Virus record (IMG/VR): IMGVR_UViG_2974544868_000001
Coordinates: 1 to 64,000 of that record
Origin: a virus
Lineage: Duplodnaviria > Heunggongvirae > Uroviricota > Caudoviricetes > Schitoviridae
DNA length: 64,000 nt
Direction: 5' to 3' (one strand)
Below are positions 15,473-24,017 of the stretch, in pieces; position 1 is the stretch's first letter; every line of letters starts with the position of its first letter. The notes under the pieces were generated by a model. That model was not told the origin of the DNA, ran no database searches, and saw only the letters and a program-made list of their open reading frames with translations. A program made the translations under genes and the position numbers.

Positions 15473-17488
15473 GTGTCCGAGTTCAAGCAGTTTGCTGCCA
15501 AGGTCGCTGAGCGTTTCGCCAAGATGGTGGAAACGGGCGATCTGTTCCGTACCAATGTCGGTGCCGACAACCTGTGGGATGCCTATCTGGCAGCCTTCCC
15601 GGAAGGCACCAACCCCATGTTCCGTGTTCGCACCGAACATGATGGCTCCTATGACCGCAGCTTCATCAAGCGTGTCGGTGGTGTTGTCGCCATCAACGAT
15701 GATGGCACCATCCAGACCGTGTGGCAGGACTTCAACTCGCTGCCGTACCCGTACAACGAAGTGGCCGCCACTCTGCATGAGCTGGTTGCTACCTCCAAGA
15801 TCGATGGCCTGTTCCGTACCAAGGAAACGAACGCCGGTCACAAGCCGAACTTCGAAGAGATCGTCGTCGGTGGTCTGGTTACTCAGCACATGTGGACCCA
15901 CTTCTACGTGGATCTGCCCCGCTTCGCCATCACTTCCGAGCCGGGCACTGTCATCGGTACTGCATCGACCAACGCTGGTGTGATGCGTCGTGGTCTCACC
16001 GAGATTACCATGGATGCACTGGACCAGTACATCGACCTGTCTGGTTCGATCTACCGTGGCACCGAGTTCCTGCCCAACGTCCAGCACTTCCGCAATGCCA
16101 AGAAGCTGTGGGACAAGACCCCGGAAAGCAAGCAGGACATCCTGCTGTGGGCGAACTACAAGGATCTGCGCCTGCTGATCAAGAACACCGCAGTCGGTAC
16201 GCTGCTGGTGAACCTGTCCGAAGGCATGCCGGTCGAGCAGGCAGTGGCTGCATTCGAGTCGATGGTCGCTCCGACCAACTACCGTCGAACCACGGCCCTG
16301 ATCACTCCGGCCATGGTTCAGAATGCCCTGAAGAAGATCGCCGAACTGGGCTTCGAAAACAGCCTGTATCGTCGCCATGCAACACTGGCCGATCTGAGCA
16401 TCAATGATGTTCTGTGGGCTGATGCGTCGGCCAAGAACCTCATGGCTGGTTCGATCAGTGACATCCTGATGTCTGCTGCGGTCAAGAAAGCACCTGCCAC
16501 GCAGGGCGTCGAAGAGATGAGCATCGAAGACTTCATGTCCAACGTGCTACCGAAGGCTTCCACGCTGGAGGTGTTCGTCTCCAATGGTCATCAGAAGAAT
16601 CTGGTGAACATCACCGCTGCCAAGCATGCTGATGCCCCGTCCATGTTCAAGTGGGACAACAGCTTCGGCTGGTCCTACAAGGGCAACGTGACCGACTCCA
16701 TCAAGGAGAACGTCAAGGCAGCCGGTGGCAACATCAATGCTGACCTGCGTGTCTCGCTGGCGTGGCACAACAGCGACGATCTGGACCTGCACTGTGAGGC
16801 TCCGGGCCGTGGCCACATCTACTTCAGCAACAAGTGCGGCATCCTCGACGTGGACACCAACGGCATGGGGCCGAAGAACTCGATCAATCCGGTCGAGAAC
16901 CTCGCCTTCATGCGTCCGAAGGACGGCAACTACCGCGTCTGGGTGAACCAGTACGCTGCACGTGCAGATAACCAGTCCAAGCCGGGCTTCACCCTGCAAG
17001 TCGAGTGTGATGGCCAGCTCCATGAGCTGACCTATGCACCGGCTGTCCGTCAGAGCACCAACGTCATGTGCGTCACCATCCACATGAAGGATGGCAAGAT
17101 CGCCAACATGACGGTGGATGATGCCAAGCTGACCCATATGGGTCAGAGCATCAAGACCTCGGGAATCGAAACTGAGTCCTTTGTGCGGGTGTCGTCCGCT
17201 CTGTTGTCCCCGAACCATTGGGGCGAGCAGAGCATCGGCAACAAGCACTACATCTTCCTGCTGGAAGGTGCACGTACCGATGAGTCGGTGCGAGGGATCT
17301 ACAACGAGTTCCTGCATGACGGCCTGAACGAACATCGCAAGGTCTTCGAGACCCTCGGAGCCAAGACGATGATCGAACCGGAAGGCGAACAGCTTGCCGG
17401 TCTGGGCTTCAGCTCGACCATCCGTGCCGAAGCGATCTTCAAGGTCGCCGGTCCCACCATCAACAAGACCATCAAGGTCAAGTTCTGA
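15473..17488 (+). CDS. large hypothetical protein (671 aa), no family recognised
   Basis: GTG 7 nt after the perfect RBS 'aaggagga'; the upstream TTG start at 15377 given by the track lacks an RBS. Confidence 0.6.
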   Translation: MSEFKQFAAKVAERFAKMVETGDLFRTNVGADNLWDAYLAAFPEGTNPMFRVRTEHDGSYDRSFIKRVGGVVAINDDGTIQTVWQDFNSLPYPYNEVAATLHELVATSKIDGLFRTKETNAGHKPNFEEIVVGGLVTQHMWTHFYVDLPRFAITSEPGTVIGTASTNAGVMRRGLTEITMDALDQYIDLSGSIYRGTEFLPNVQHFRNAKKLWDKTPESKQDILLWANYKDLRLLIKNTAVGTLLVNLSEGMPVEQAVAAFESMVAPTNYRRTTALITPAMVQNALKKIAELGFENSLYRRHATLADLSINDVLWADASAKNLMAGSISDILMSAAVKKAPATQGVEEMSIEDFMSNVLPKASTLEVFVSNGHQKNLVNITAAKHADAPSMFKWDNSFGWSYKGNVTDSIKENVKAAGGNINADLRVSLAWHNSDDLDLHCEAPGRGHIYFSNKCGILDVDTNGMGPKNSINPVENLAFMRPKDGNYRVWVNQYAARADNQSKPGFTLQVECDGQLHELTYAPAVRQSTNVMCVTIHMKDGKIANMTVDDAKLTHMGQSIKTSGIETESFVRVSSALLSPNHWGEQSIGNKHYIFLLEGARTDESVRGIYNEFLHDGLNEHRKVFETLGAKTMIEPEGEQLAGLGFSSTIRAEAIFKVAGPTINKTIKVKF

Positions 17489-17498
17489 GGCAACAACC

Positions 17499-17909
17499 AT
17501 GTCCGAACTGAACATCTTCGAAGTCGCTTCCCGCAAGCAGCTTCGTTTCACCAGTGCCAAGGGTCTGCTGACCGTTGAGCACCTGTGGTTGCTGCCGCTG
17601 ACCAGTGCCAATGCCGACTCGCTCGACAAGCTGGCCATCGGCGTCAACCGCGAACTGCGGGAACTGGCTGAAGATTCCTTCGTGGACTCCAAGCCGAATC
17701 CCCGCAAAGCCGAGCTGACGCTCCAGCTCGACATCCTGAAGCACGTCATCGGCGTGAAGCAGGCTGAGAACGCCGCCAAGCTCGCCGATACCCAGCGGCG
17801 GGAACAGATCGCACAGATCGAAGCGGCGCTCGCAGAGAAGCAGGGAGAAGCCCTCAAGGGCATGTCCACTGCCGACCTGGAGCAGAAGCTCAAGGATCTC
17901 CGATCCTGA
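17499..17909 (+). CDS. hypothetical coiled-coil protein (136 aa)
   Basis: ATG 10 nt after the upstream stop; the Ala/Glu/Lys-rich C-terminus is predicted helical. Confidence 0.5.
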   Translation: MSELNIFEVASRKQLRFTSAKGLLTVEHLWLLPLTSANADSLDKLAIGVNRELRELAEDSFVDSKPNPRKAELTLQLDILKHVIGVKQAENAAKLADTQRREQIAQIEAALAEKQGEALKGMSTADLEQKLKDLRS

Positions 17910-18320
17910 AGGCGTGACGGGCCACTGGCGCAGCCTAGCTTTTGAAACCAGTTGACAGCCGGGAAAGACCGGCACTGCTACGGGGGTAGCAAGTCTGGTC
18001 ATCCCGTTTGAACCAGAGACTCAAATACTTAGATTGTTCACACGACCTTGGCCAAGGTTGCGTGTGACGAAGGAGTCGTCAGAGATTACCTAGCCTAGGG
18101 TTTCTAAGGCCCACATGGGCAGGTTTACCTCTGAACCAGCCGATCCAGCGGGTTTCGGCATACCCCCACCTTTCGCTCTCATCGGAGAGCAACCTTGGCG
18201 CATACCGCCCAATGTTGTGTCTGGACGCTCACACTTCCTACCAACATGTGCTAAGGTTGCTCCCCGATGCGTGCGAAGACGCATCACCGGGAACCATCTC
18301 AGGCTGAGTGGTTCCCATCT

Positions 18321-18396
18321 TGCCGGATAGCTCAGTTGGTAGAGCACACGACCGATAATCGTGTGGTCACAGGTTCGAGTCCTGTTCCGGCAACCA
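18321..18396 (+). tRNA. tRNA-Ile (anticodon GAT), CCA encoded
   Basis: cloverleaf by hand: acceptor TGCCGGA/TCCGGCA, D-arm GCTCAGTTGGTAGAGC, anticodon loop CCGATAA, T-arm ACAGG-TTCGAGT-CCTGT, 3' ACCA. Confidence 0.7.
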
Positions 18397-18406
18397 GTTT
18401 CAAGAC

Positions 18407-18492
18407 GGGGTGAGTTATCAGATGGGCGCTGAGCCAGACTGTAAATCTGGCGTCTCCGGACTCGCATGGTTCGACTCCATGTTGCCCCACCA
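18407..18492 (+). tRNA. tRNA-Tyr-like (anticodon GTA), type II long variable arm, atypical D-arm spacing, CCA encoded
   Basis: acceptor GGGGTGA/TTGCCCC with G.U pairs, anticodon arm CCAGA-CTGTAAA-TCTGG, T-arm CATGG-TTCGACT-CCATG, 3' ACCA; four nt lie between the acceptor and D stems instead of two. Confidence 0.45.
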
Positions 18493-18642
18493 TCATTGAA
18501 ACAGGGACACCAACCGCATGCTTCCCGCTCGATGCCATGCACTGGTGGGTTTCACTCAGCAGATACCCGAAGGGCTGAGCCGTAAGTTGACACACGGGAG
18601 ATTGCTGCGTGCACAGCAAGAAGTCAGCAATGCACACGTATT

Positions 18643-18719
18643 GTGGGTGTAGCGCAGTCTGGTAGCGCGCTTGCTTTGGGAGCAAGATGTCGGGGGTTCG
18701 AATCCCTCCGCCCGCACCA
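18643..18719 (+). tRNA. tRNA-Pro (anticodon TGG), CCA encoded
   Basis: acceptor GTGGGTG/CGCCCGC (two G.U pairs), D-arm GCGCAGTCTGGTAGCGC, anticodon arm CTTGC-TTTGGGA-GCAAG, T-arm GGGGG-TTCGAAT-CCCTC. Confidence 0.6.
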
Positions 18720-19257
18720 CCGTTTGGTCGAGTAAGTCTGGTAGCAGATCCGTCTGCACCCCATGCTCAAGAGTCGTTGGATGACACTGACGGCGGCCAA
18801 CAAACAGAAGTCGCCTGCTGTATATCAGGCACAGCACGAGTTCCATGTAAGGCCCGAGCTAGTTGGTGAGGTTGTGGCCCACCAAGGTGATGACCGCCTA
18901 TCTGCATGGTTCAAGCTGCTACCGCATGTCCGCCTCACACACCGACAGGTCAGTGAGGGCTAATTTCTCAGCGCAAATCGCTGAGGACGAATAGAGATAG
19001 ATGCCTCCAAGGCATGCGGATAGCAGTTCCATCTTCAAGAGTGAACTTATGGGAGTGGGACGAGTACAGTCCCGAAGCCGTGCGTCGGTCTTACCATAGG
19101 CATAGCCACACGGACGCACTACGTGATGGCACTTTTCCACGGGGCCGTCTAGAACGGAGAAAGAGTAGGGGATGCAGCATGGTGGAACTTGCTGCATCTA
19201 TGACTATCAGGTGCTTCTAGACTACCTGAAACTCTAAACCTACTCCCCCACATATTC

Positions 19258-19334
19258 AGGGGTGTCGCCAAGCGGCCAAAGGCACCGGGTTTTGATCCCG
19301 ACATTCGAAGGTTCGAATCCTTCCACCCCTTCCA
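19258..19334 (+). tRNA. tRNA-Gln (anticodon TTG), CCA encoded
   Basis: near-collinear with E. coli tRNA-Gln: AGGGGTG T CGCC AAGCGG.. GCA CCGGG TTTTGAT CCCGA CATTC GAAGG TTCGAAT CCTTC CACCCCT T CCA. Confidence 0.7.
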
Positions 19335-20206
19335 TCAAGATCACTTCAGTAGTACGCCTTGCTCATTCCTAGTAAAGAAGGAATATTGCCTCACAAGACC
19401 CGACACCGTGCACAGGTAGCCGGAAAACTATGAGAGCCGGAAAGCAAGTTACATAGACGTATGCAACCCAAGTTCCCGCGAAGACCTCTAGACTTGCCCG
19501 CTCAGGACAAGGTAAGTCCACGCAGTAAACAAGGCGTACTTCTGAAGTGATTTCCATGCAGGTAGCCACCTTACGGCTATAAGATCTGAGGTTAGGCTCT
19601 CAGACGCCTGCGCCATCTTCGAACCAAGTGGTGAGCCTGAACTCAGCAGGAAGGTCGCACCCTTTTGCACTGGGCAAGCTCTTGGTTCGAGTCTCAAGGT
19701 CTGGATGACTTCATCCTTCAAGACGGACCATAAATGTCTACGAAGGGTCTTTCCGTGTTGGGATCAATACGGCAGTGGGTTGTGGGTGCTTGGACTGACC
19801 CCCAAGGTGAACCCTCCGTCCTCGTAGCACTATCCACGGACGCTAACTATGGAATTTGCCAGATGTGGTTCTAGGACTGCATCTGAAACTGCACAGCCTC
19901 ATTCTCTACATGAAGGTGATGTGCGGCCATTGCCGACGTTGTAGAGCGTCATGTGCCTTGAGCCGTATGTCAGTGCAGTTTCAGATGTTGTCCACAACAG
20001 TAGGAGCCATGGGCCTAATCACCCCGATGGCACAGATCACTGAGGGCGGTGCATTTCTAATGCAGGACTTTGAAGGGGTTCCAACGCCGACCCCACCTTG
20101 GCAACATCGCAGACCCAGCCTGCTCGGCTCTAAGAGTACGGGGACGGAGGTATCCTCCTATCCTAGCGGTCCGGTCGATTCAACAACCCGAGTCCCCGTT
20201 TCTATG

Positions 20207-20281
20207 GTGTCCATAGCTCAGTGGTAGAGCAGCGACCTTCTAATTCGCGGGGCGTTGGTTCGAATCCAACTGGACACCCCA
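20207..20281 (+). tRNA. tRNA-Arg (anticodon TCT), CCA encoded
   Basis: acceptor GTGTCCA/TGGACAC, D-arm GCTCAGTGGTAGAGC, anticodon arm GCGAC-CTTCTAA-TTCGC, T-arm GTTGG-TTCGAAT-CCAAC. Confidence 0.7.
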
Positions 20282-20331
20282 CCAAGGCTATTTGCAGATG
20301 ACAATCCCGTCATCTCCAAGTGGCTTTTTTC

Positions 20332-20532
20332 ATGATCAAGGAAATCAAGCTGATCTTGGCTGTCCTGTACTGGGCAGTTCTGATCGGTGGCGTTTTGCCG
20401 TACCTGTTCTCAGCTCGTAGCTATGAACTGGTGTTGGCAGGCTTCGTCCTGCTGATCGTGTCGGCATACGTCACTTATTACCGCCTGACGCTCAAGTGGC
20501 GTCCCAAAAAGGAAGAGAAGTCCGATGCGTAA
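20332..20532 (+). CDS. small two-TM membrane protein (66-70 aa)
   Basis: hydrophobic helices 'LILAVLYWAVLIGGVLPYLF' and 'LVLAGFVLLIVSAYVTYY'; a GTG start at 20320 is also possible; overlaps the SPFH gene start by 8 nt. Confidence 0.45.
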   Translation: MIKEIKLILAVLYWAVLIGGVLPYLFSARSYELVLAGFVLLIVSAYVTYYRLTLKWRPKKEEKSDA

Positions 20533-21367
20533 GCTCTCCATTCTGCTGGTCATCATGGCCATGCTGTTCCTGACCGCCTGCTCCAAGGTGCCTGCTGGCA
20601 ACGTTGGTGTAAAGGTCTACCTGCTCGGTGGCGACAAGGGCGTCGATGCCCAACAGCTGACGCCGGGTCGCTACTGGATCGGCTGGAACGAAGATCTGTT
20701 CCTGTTCCCGACGTTCACCCAGAACTACACGTGGGCGAAGGCCGAGGACAAGAATGAAGAACTCGGCTTCCAGACCATCGATGGCATGGAAGTGTTCGGT
20801 GATGTCGGTATCTCGTACCAGATCGACCCGAACAAGGCTGCGGAGATCTTCCAGAAGTACCGCAAGGGTGTGGATGAGATCACCAACATCTACCTGCGCA
20901 ACATGGTTCGTGACTCGCTGGTGAAGAATGCCAGCAAGCTCAGCGTCGAATCCGTGTATGGCTCGGGCAAGACCGATCTCATCAATGCCGTGCAGAAGGA
21001 AGTGTCCGATCAGGTCTCCCCCATCGGCATCCGTGTCGAGAAGATCTACTGGATCGGTTCGCTGCGTCTGCCGCCGAAGGTGGTTGCATCGATCAACGCC
21101 AAGGTGGAGATGACACAGGAAGCCCAGCGTATCCAGAATGAAGTGCTGCGTGCCGAGGCGAAGGCCAAGGTGGACGTTGCCACTGCACAGGGTACTGCTG
21201 ACGCTCTGATCATTGCATCGCAGGCTGAGGCCGAAGCGATCAAGATCAAGGCCAATGCCATCTCGGCGAATCCGCAGATCGTCCAGTACGAAGCTGTGCA
21301 GAAGTGGAACGGCCAGCTGCCGACCACCAATGCTGGTGGTGCTGTTCCGTTCATCGGGCTGAAGTGA
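20525..21367 (+). CDS. SPFH/band-7 (stomatin/prohibitin/HflC-like) lipoprotein
   Basis: signal peptide plus lipobox 'LFLTAC'; SPFH core; C-terminal Ala/Glu-rich coiled coil 'EAKAKVDVATAQG...AEAEAIKIKANA'. Confidence 0.7.
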   Translation: MRKLSILLVIMAMLFLTACSKVPAGNVGVKVYLLGGDKGVDAQQLTPGRYWIGWNEDLFLFPTFTQNYTWAKAEDKNEELGFQTIDGMEVFGDVGISYQIDPNKAAEIFQKYRKGVDEITNIYLRNMVRDSLVKNASKLSVESVYGSGKTDLINAVQKEVSDQVSPIGIRVEKIYWIGSLRLPPKVVASINAKVEMTQEAQRIQNEVLRAEAKAKVDVATAQGTADALIIASQAEAEAIKIKANAISANPQIVQYEAVQKWNGQLPTTNAGGAVPFIGLK

Positions 21368-21371
21368 GCAG

Positions 21372-21407
21372 AGAGACGGGACTTCGGTCCCGTCTCTTTT
21401 TATTTTT
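21372..21407 (+). terminator. rho-independent terminator
   Basis: 'agagacgggacttcggtcccgtctct' followed by ttttattttt. Confidence 0.8.
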
Positions 21408-21418
21408 CAAGGAGAGAC

Positions 21419-21703
21419 ATGAGCAGATCGTGGATGAATCCGCTGCCACGCCCGGCAGTTCCAGCACGCCAAACGTGGGACAGGAACAGTGGTAGCAAGA
21501 TGATCCAGTTTGAGCTGATCAATGAGCTATCCGAAACGGACCAAGCCCATCTTCTGATCTTTGTTCTTGAAGGTCAGAACATCGGGCGCTGGCTCCCCAA
21601 GTCACAAATCAAGATCCCATATGCCGACGTGGTAGAAATCCCCCGTTGGCTTGTGGATCGCATCAAAGAAGAGATCAAGTCGTATGGACAAGCTGACAAG
21701 TAG
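21419..21703 (+). CDS. hypothetical protein (94 aa)
   Basis: RBS 'aaggagagac'. Confidence 0.45.
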   Translation: MSRSWMNPLPRPAVPARQTWDRNSGSKMIQFELINELSETDQAHLLIFVLEGQNIGRWLPKSQIKIPYADVVEIPRWLVDRIKEEIKSYGQADK

Positions 21704-22118
21704 CAAGCTGGAATTGGCTCTGGTAACTCCAGATGCAATCGAGATCTGGAACGGAGTAATCAAGCGTTGGCGCTTGTTCTTCACTCTGTCCTATCTGACT
21801 CACAGACCGACTCTGTTCGTTGGTCGAGCCAATCAGAAGCCGGAACCATGGCTGGTGGTGGACACTCGCAAACGAGTGATCATGAAACTGCCGATCACTG
21901 ACGAAGATGTGTTCAACGGCATCCGTGATCTGGAAGATCGACTGGCCAAGATTGGCCTTCAGTTGACGCTGCGGTACGACATGGACAAGCAGAAACGCAA
22001 GTTCATTTCGATGCGTCTCATCCCAACCCATGGCGGTGCAATGACGACAGTCCTTGACCGCATCAAGAAAGGTGAGAAGAAAGATTATGTCCAATTCGCC
22101 CTCAACGAGCGCTGGTGA
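21684..22118 (+). CDS. hypothetical protein (144 aa)
   Basis: internal ATG of track ORF 21651..22118; overlaps the upstream gene by 20 nt. Confidence 0.45.
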   Translation: MDKLTSSKLELALVTPDAIEIWNGVIKRWRLFFTLSYLTHRPTLFVGRANQKPEPWLVVDTRKRVIMKLPITDEDVFNGIRDLEDRLAKIGLQLTLRYDMDKQKRKFISMRLIPTHGGAMTTVLDRIKKGEKKDYVQFALNERW

Positions 22119-22374
22119 TGCGTGGGCCAAGGCCCACTATCAGCATGACCTCAAGCCAGAGGACAAGCCTGCATCGGTCATCGATGTGCTGATCAAAACC
22201 CAGTTCTACTGCTGCGAATGCCATGGAACCAATCTGGTCAGTGATGGCCCCTGCGTTTGGGATTTCGACAAGCAGGAGTGGGTCCGCAATGGCGAGGTGT
22301 ACGACGACACGTTCTGTTCGGATTGCGAACATGACGTAAAGGTCTACACCAAAGAAGTCGTGGTGGGACTATGA
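22087..22374 (+). CDS. Cys-rich zinc-ribbon-like protein (95 aa)
   Basis: RBS 'gagaagaaag'; 'CCECHG...C...CSDCEH'. Confidence 0.45.
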   Translation: MSNSPSTSAGDAWAKAHYQHDLKPEDKPASVIDVLIKTQFYCCECHGTNLVSDGPCVWDFDKQEWVRNGEVYDDTFCSDCEHDVKVYTKEVVVGL

Positions 22375-22613
22375 GCCTACGCAATGACCGTGCTGTCACT
22401 CAGGTAATGAAGGCTGCCCGAGAGCGCAAGGTCAAAAACCTGACCATCTTCGGCCACACCCCGTTACCCAACAAAACTCAGACGCTTGTCACCATCATGG
22501 CAGTGGCCGATGCGATCAACATGCCCATGATCGATTTGGTGGACAAGATTCTGAACCAAGGAGATGAAGGTGGAACGAGTACCGTACCAACCCAACGTCA
22601 GTCTGAAGACTGA
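22371..22613 (+). CDS. hypothetical protein (80 aa)
   Basis: ATGA overlap with the upstream gene. Confidence 0.45.
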   Translation: MSLRNDRAVTQVMKAARERKVKNLTIFGHTPLPNKTQTLVTIMAVADAINMPMIDLVDKILNQGDEGGTSTVPTQRQSED

Positions 22614-22724
22614 TCCATCCGTCAAAGATCACCACTTGGCTCAAGCCCTTCGAGAGGTGCGCTACAGCAAAGAAGTGGAAGAGATCTTCAGACAAGCAGC
22701 AATCCTTGCTGCCAAGGAGACCGC

Positions 22725-23636
22725 ATGAAATCAGTGGACGCACCCATCATCCTCGCTGACTCGATCAGTCCCGAAGGCATCCGACTGATCACGTGGCAGC
22801 TGCGTTACTGGCGTCCGATCCATGCCGAGCTGATGACGCACCGTGTCTTCAGTCGCAATGCTGGTTCCAGCCGTGCACGTCCGTCTGCGGCCATTATCCA
22901 GCAAGTCATGGATGATCCGTGGGGTCCGTTGCACTGGGGCAAGAACGAACCGGGCATGCAAGCCAATGCAGAATTGGAAGGCGAAAGTCTTTTCAATGCC
23001 CGAATGGCTTGGAGCAGTGCTGCATTGATGGCAGCCGCTGAAGCAACGACTCTTGTAAGGGCTGGTGCACACAAGCAGATCGTCAATCGTCTGCTGGAAC
23101 CCTTTACCTACATCGACGTGGTTCTGTCGGGCACCGACTTCGCCAACTGGTACGCACTGCGTGACCACAAGGATGCACAGCCGGAAATCCGTGAGCTTGC
23201 CTCGCTGATGAAGGAAGTGCAGGCACACAGCACCCCTACTCTGTTGCAGCCGGGTGAATGGCATCTGCCATACATCGAAAGCAAGGATGTTGTCGAAGCC
23301 AAAAAGTACCTCAAGATCGGGCGCATCACACGTGATGAGCCTCGTGATGAGGAAATCATTGAGCTGCTCAAGAAGGCATCTGCCGCTCGCTGTGCTCGTG
23401 TCAGCTACAAGCTGTTCGATGGCAGCAATGCCAACTTCGAAGCTGACCTTGACCTGTTCAATCGTCTGCTGGTGAGCCAGCCTCTCCATGCAAGTCCGGC
23501 TGAGCATCAGGCAACGCCTGATGTGTGGGTCGGTGATCGTCATTCGGCCGAATGGCAGCATTCAGATGAGCACGGCAACTTCCGTGGGTGGCGACAGTTC
23601 CGCAAGATGCTGCCCAACGAGTTCGTTCCGGGTTAA
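22725..23636 (+). CDS. thyX: flavin-dependent thymidylate synthase ThyX-like
   Basis: ThyX-type signature 'THRVFSRNAGSSRAR' (RHRx7S-like); about 300 aa. Confidence 0.6.
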   Translation: MKSVDAPIILADSISPEGIRLITWQLRYWRPIHAELMTHRVFSRNAGSSRARPSAAIIQQVMDDPWGPLHWGKNEPGMQANAELEGESLFNARMAWSSAALMAAAEATTLVRAGAHKQIVNRLLEPFTYIDVVLSGTDFANWYALRDHKDAQPEIRELASLMKEVQAHSTPTLLQPGEWHLPYIESKDVVEAKKYLKIGRITRDEPRDEEIIELLKKASAARCARVSYKLFDGSNANFEADLDLFNRLLVSQPLHASPAEHQATPDVWVGDRHSAEWQHSDEHGNFRGWRQFRKMLPNEFVPG

Positions 23637-23639
23637 GCC

Positions 23640-23942
23640 ATGGCCAGTCCCAACGAAGACACCTACCAGCATGTGCGTAAGGAAGCAGAAAAGATCTTGC
23701 AGAAGAGGCTGGACTACAACCTTGCAGTACAGCAGGTCAAGAACTTCGCTGGCCCTGACGACACAGCACCCAACTGGTTCGCTCTTGCGAAAGTAGGAGC
23801 AGCCATAGCCTCAATGCGATTGCTGCCAGACGACATGGTGGCACACCGCCAGTTCTACTGGCGGACCATCATCGACAAGTCTGTTGATCCACCTGTGGCT
23901 TACATGCTCATCCCGAACGATGATTTCATGAGCGCCATCTGA
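23640..23942 (+). CDS. hypothetical protein (100 aa)
   Basis: ATG 4 nt after the thyX stop. Confidence 0.5.
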   Translation: MASPNEDTYQHVRKEAEKILQKRLDYNLAVQQVKNFAGPDDTAPNWFALAKVGAAIASMRLLPDDMVAHRQFYWRTIIDKSVDPPVAYMLIPNDDFMSAI

Positions 23943-23958
23943 TCCCTTTTATGGGTTC

Positions 23959-23996
23959 AAACCCCTGTGCAGATTTGCATGGGGGTTCTTTTTTAC
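23959..23996 (+). terminator. rho-independent terminator
   Basis: 'aacccctgtgcagatttgcatgggggtt' followed by cttttttac. Confidence 0.7.
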
Positions 23997-24017
23997 ATCT
24001 TCTGGAGATAGATAACG

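Noticed and set aside
15473-17488. Considered a ribonucleotide reductase (class II) assignment for the 671-aa protein because of 'FSNKCGI'
   Set aside because: The essential Glu of the NxCxE active-site motif and other RNR signatures are absent, so it stays hypothetical.
19660-19720. Possible sixth tRNA around 'gcaagctcttggttcgagtctcaagg' (T-loop-like TTCGAGT)
   Set aside because: I could not build a complete cloverleaf because the T-stem does not pair and there is no acceptor stem. I kept it only as a tRNA-fragment-like element within the island finding.
18720-20206. Small ORFs within the tRNA island (e.g. 19856..20227 123 aa, 19014..19220, 18763..18963)
   Set aside because: None has an RBS. 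They overlap tRNA genes or strong hairpins, and their composition looks non-coding. The region is better explained as structured RNA.
18000-20320. CRISPR array or other direct-repeat array in the non-coding island
   Set aside because: No regularly spaced direct repeats are visible. The structure is dominated by inverted repeats (hairpins), not repeat-spacer units.
20320-20532. Calling the small membrane protein upstream of SPFH an NfeD-family partner
   Set aside because: NfeD short forms have a C-terminal OB/beta-barrel domain. This protein is only two TM helices, so only genomic pairing is noted.
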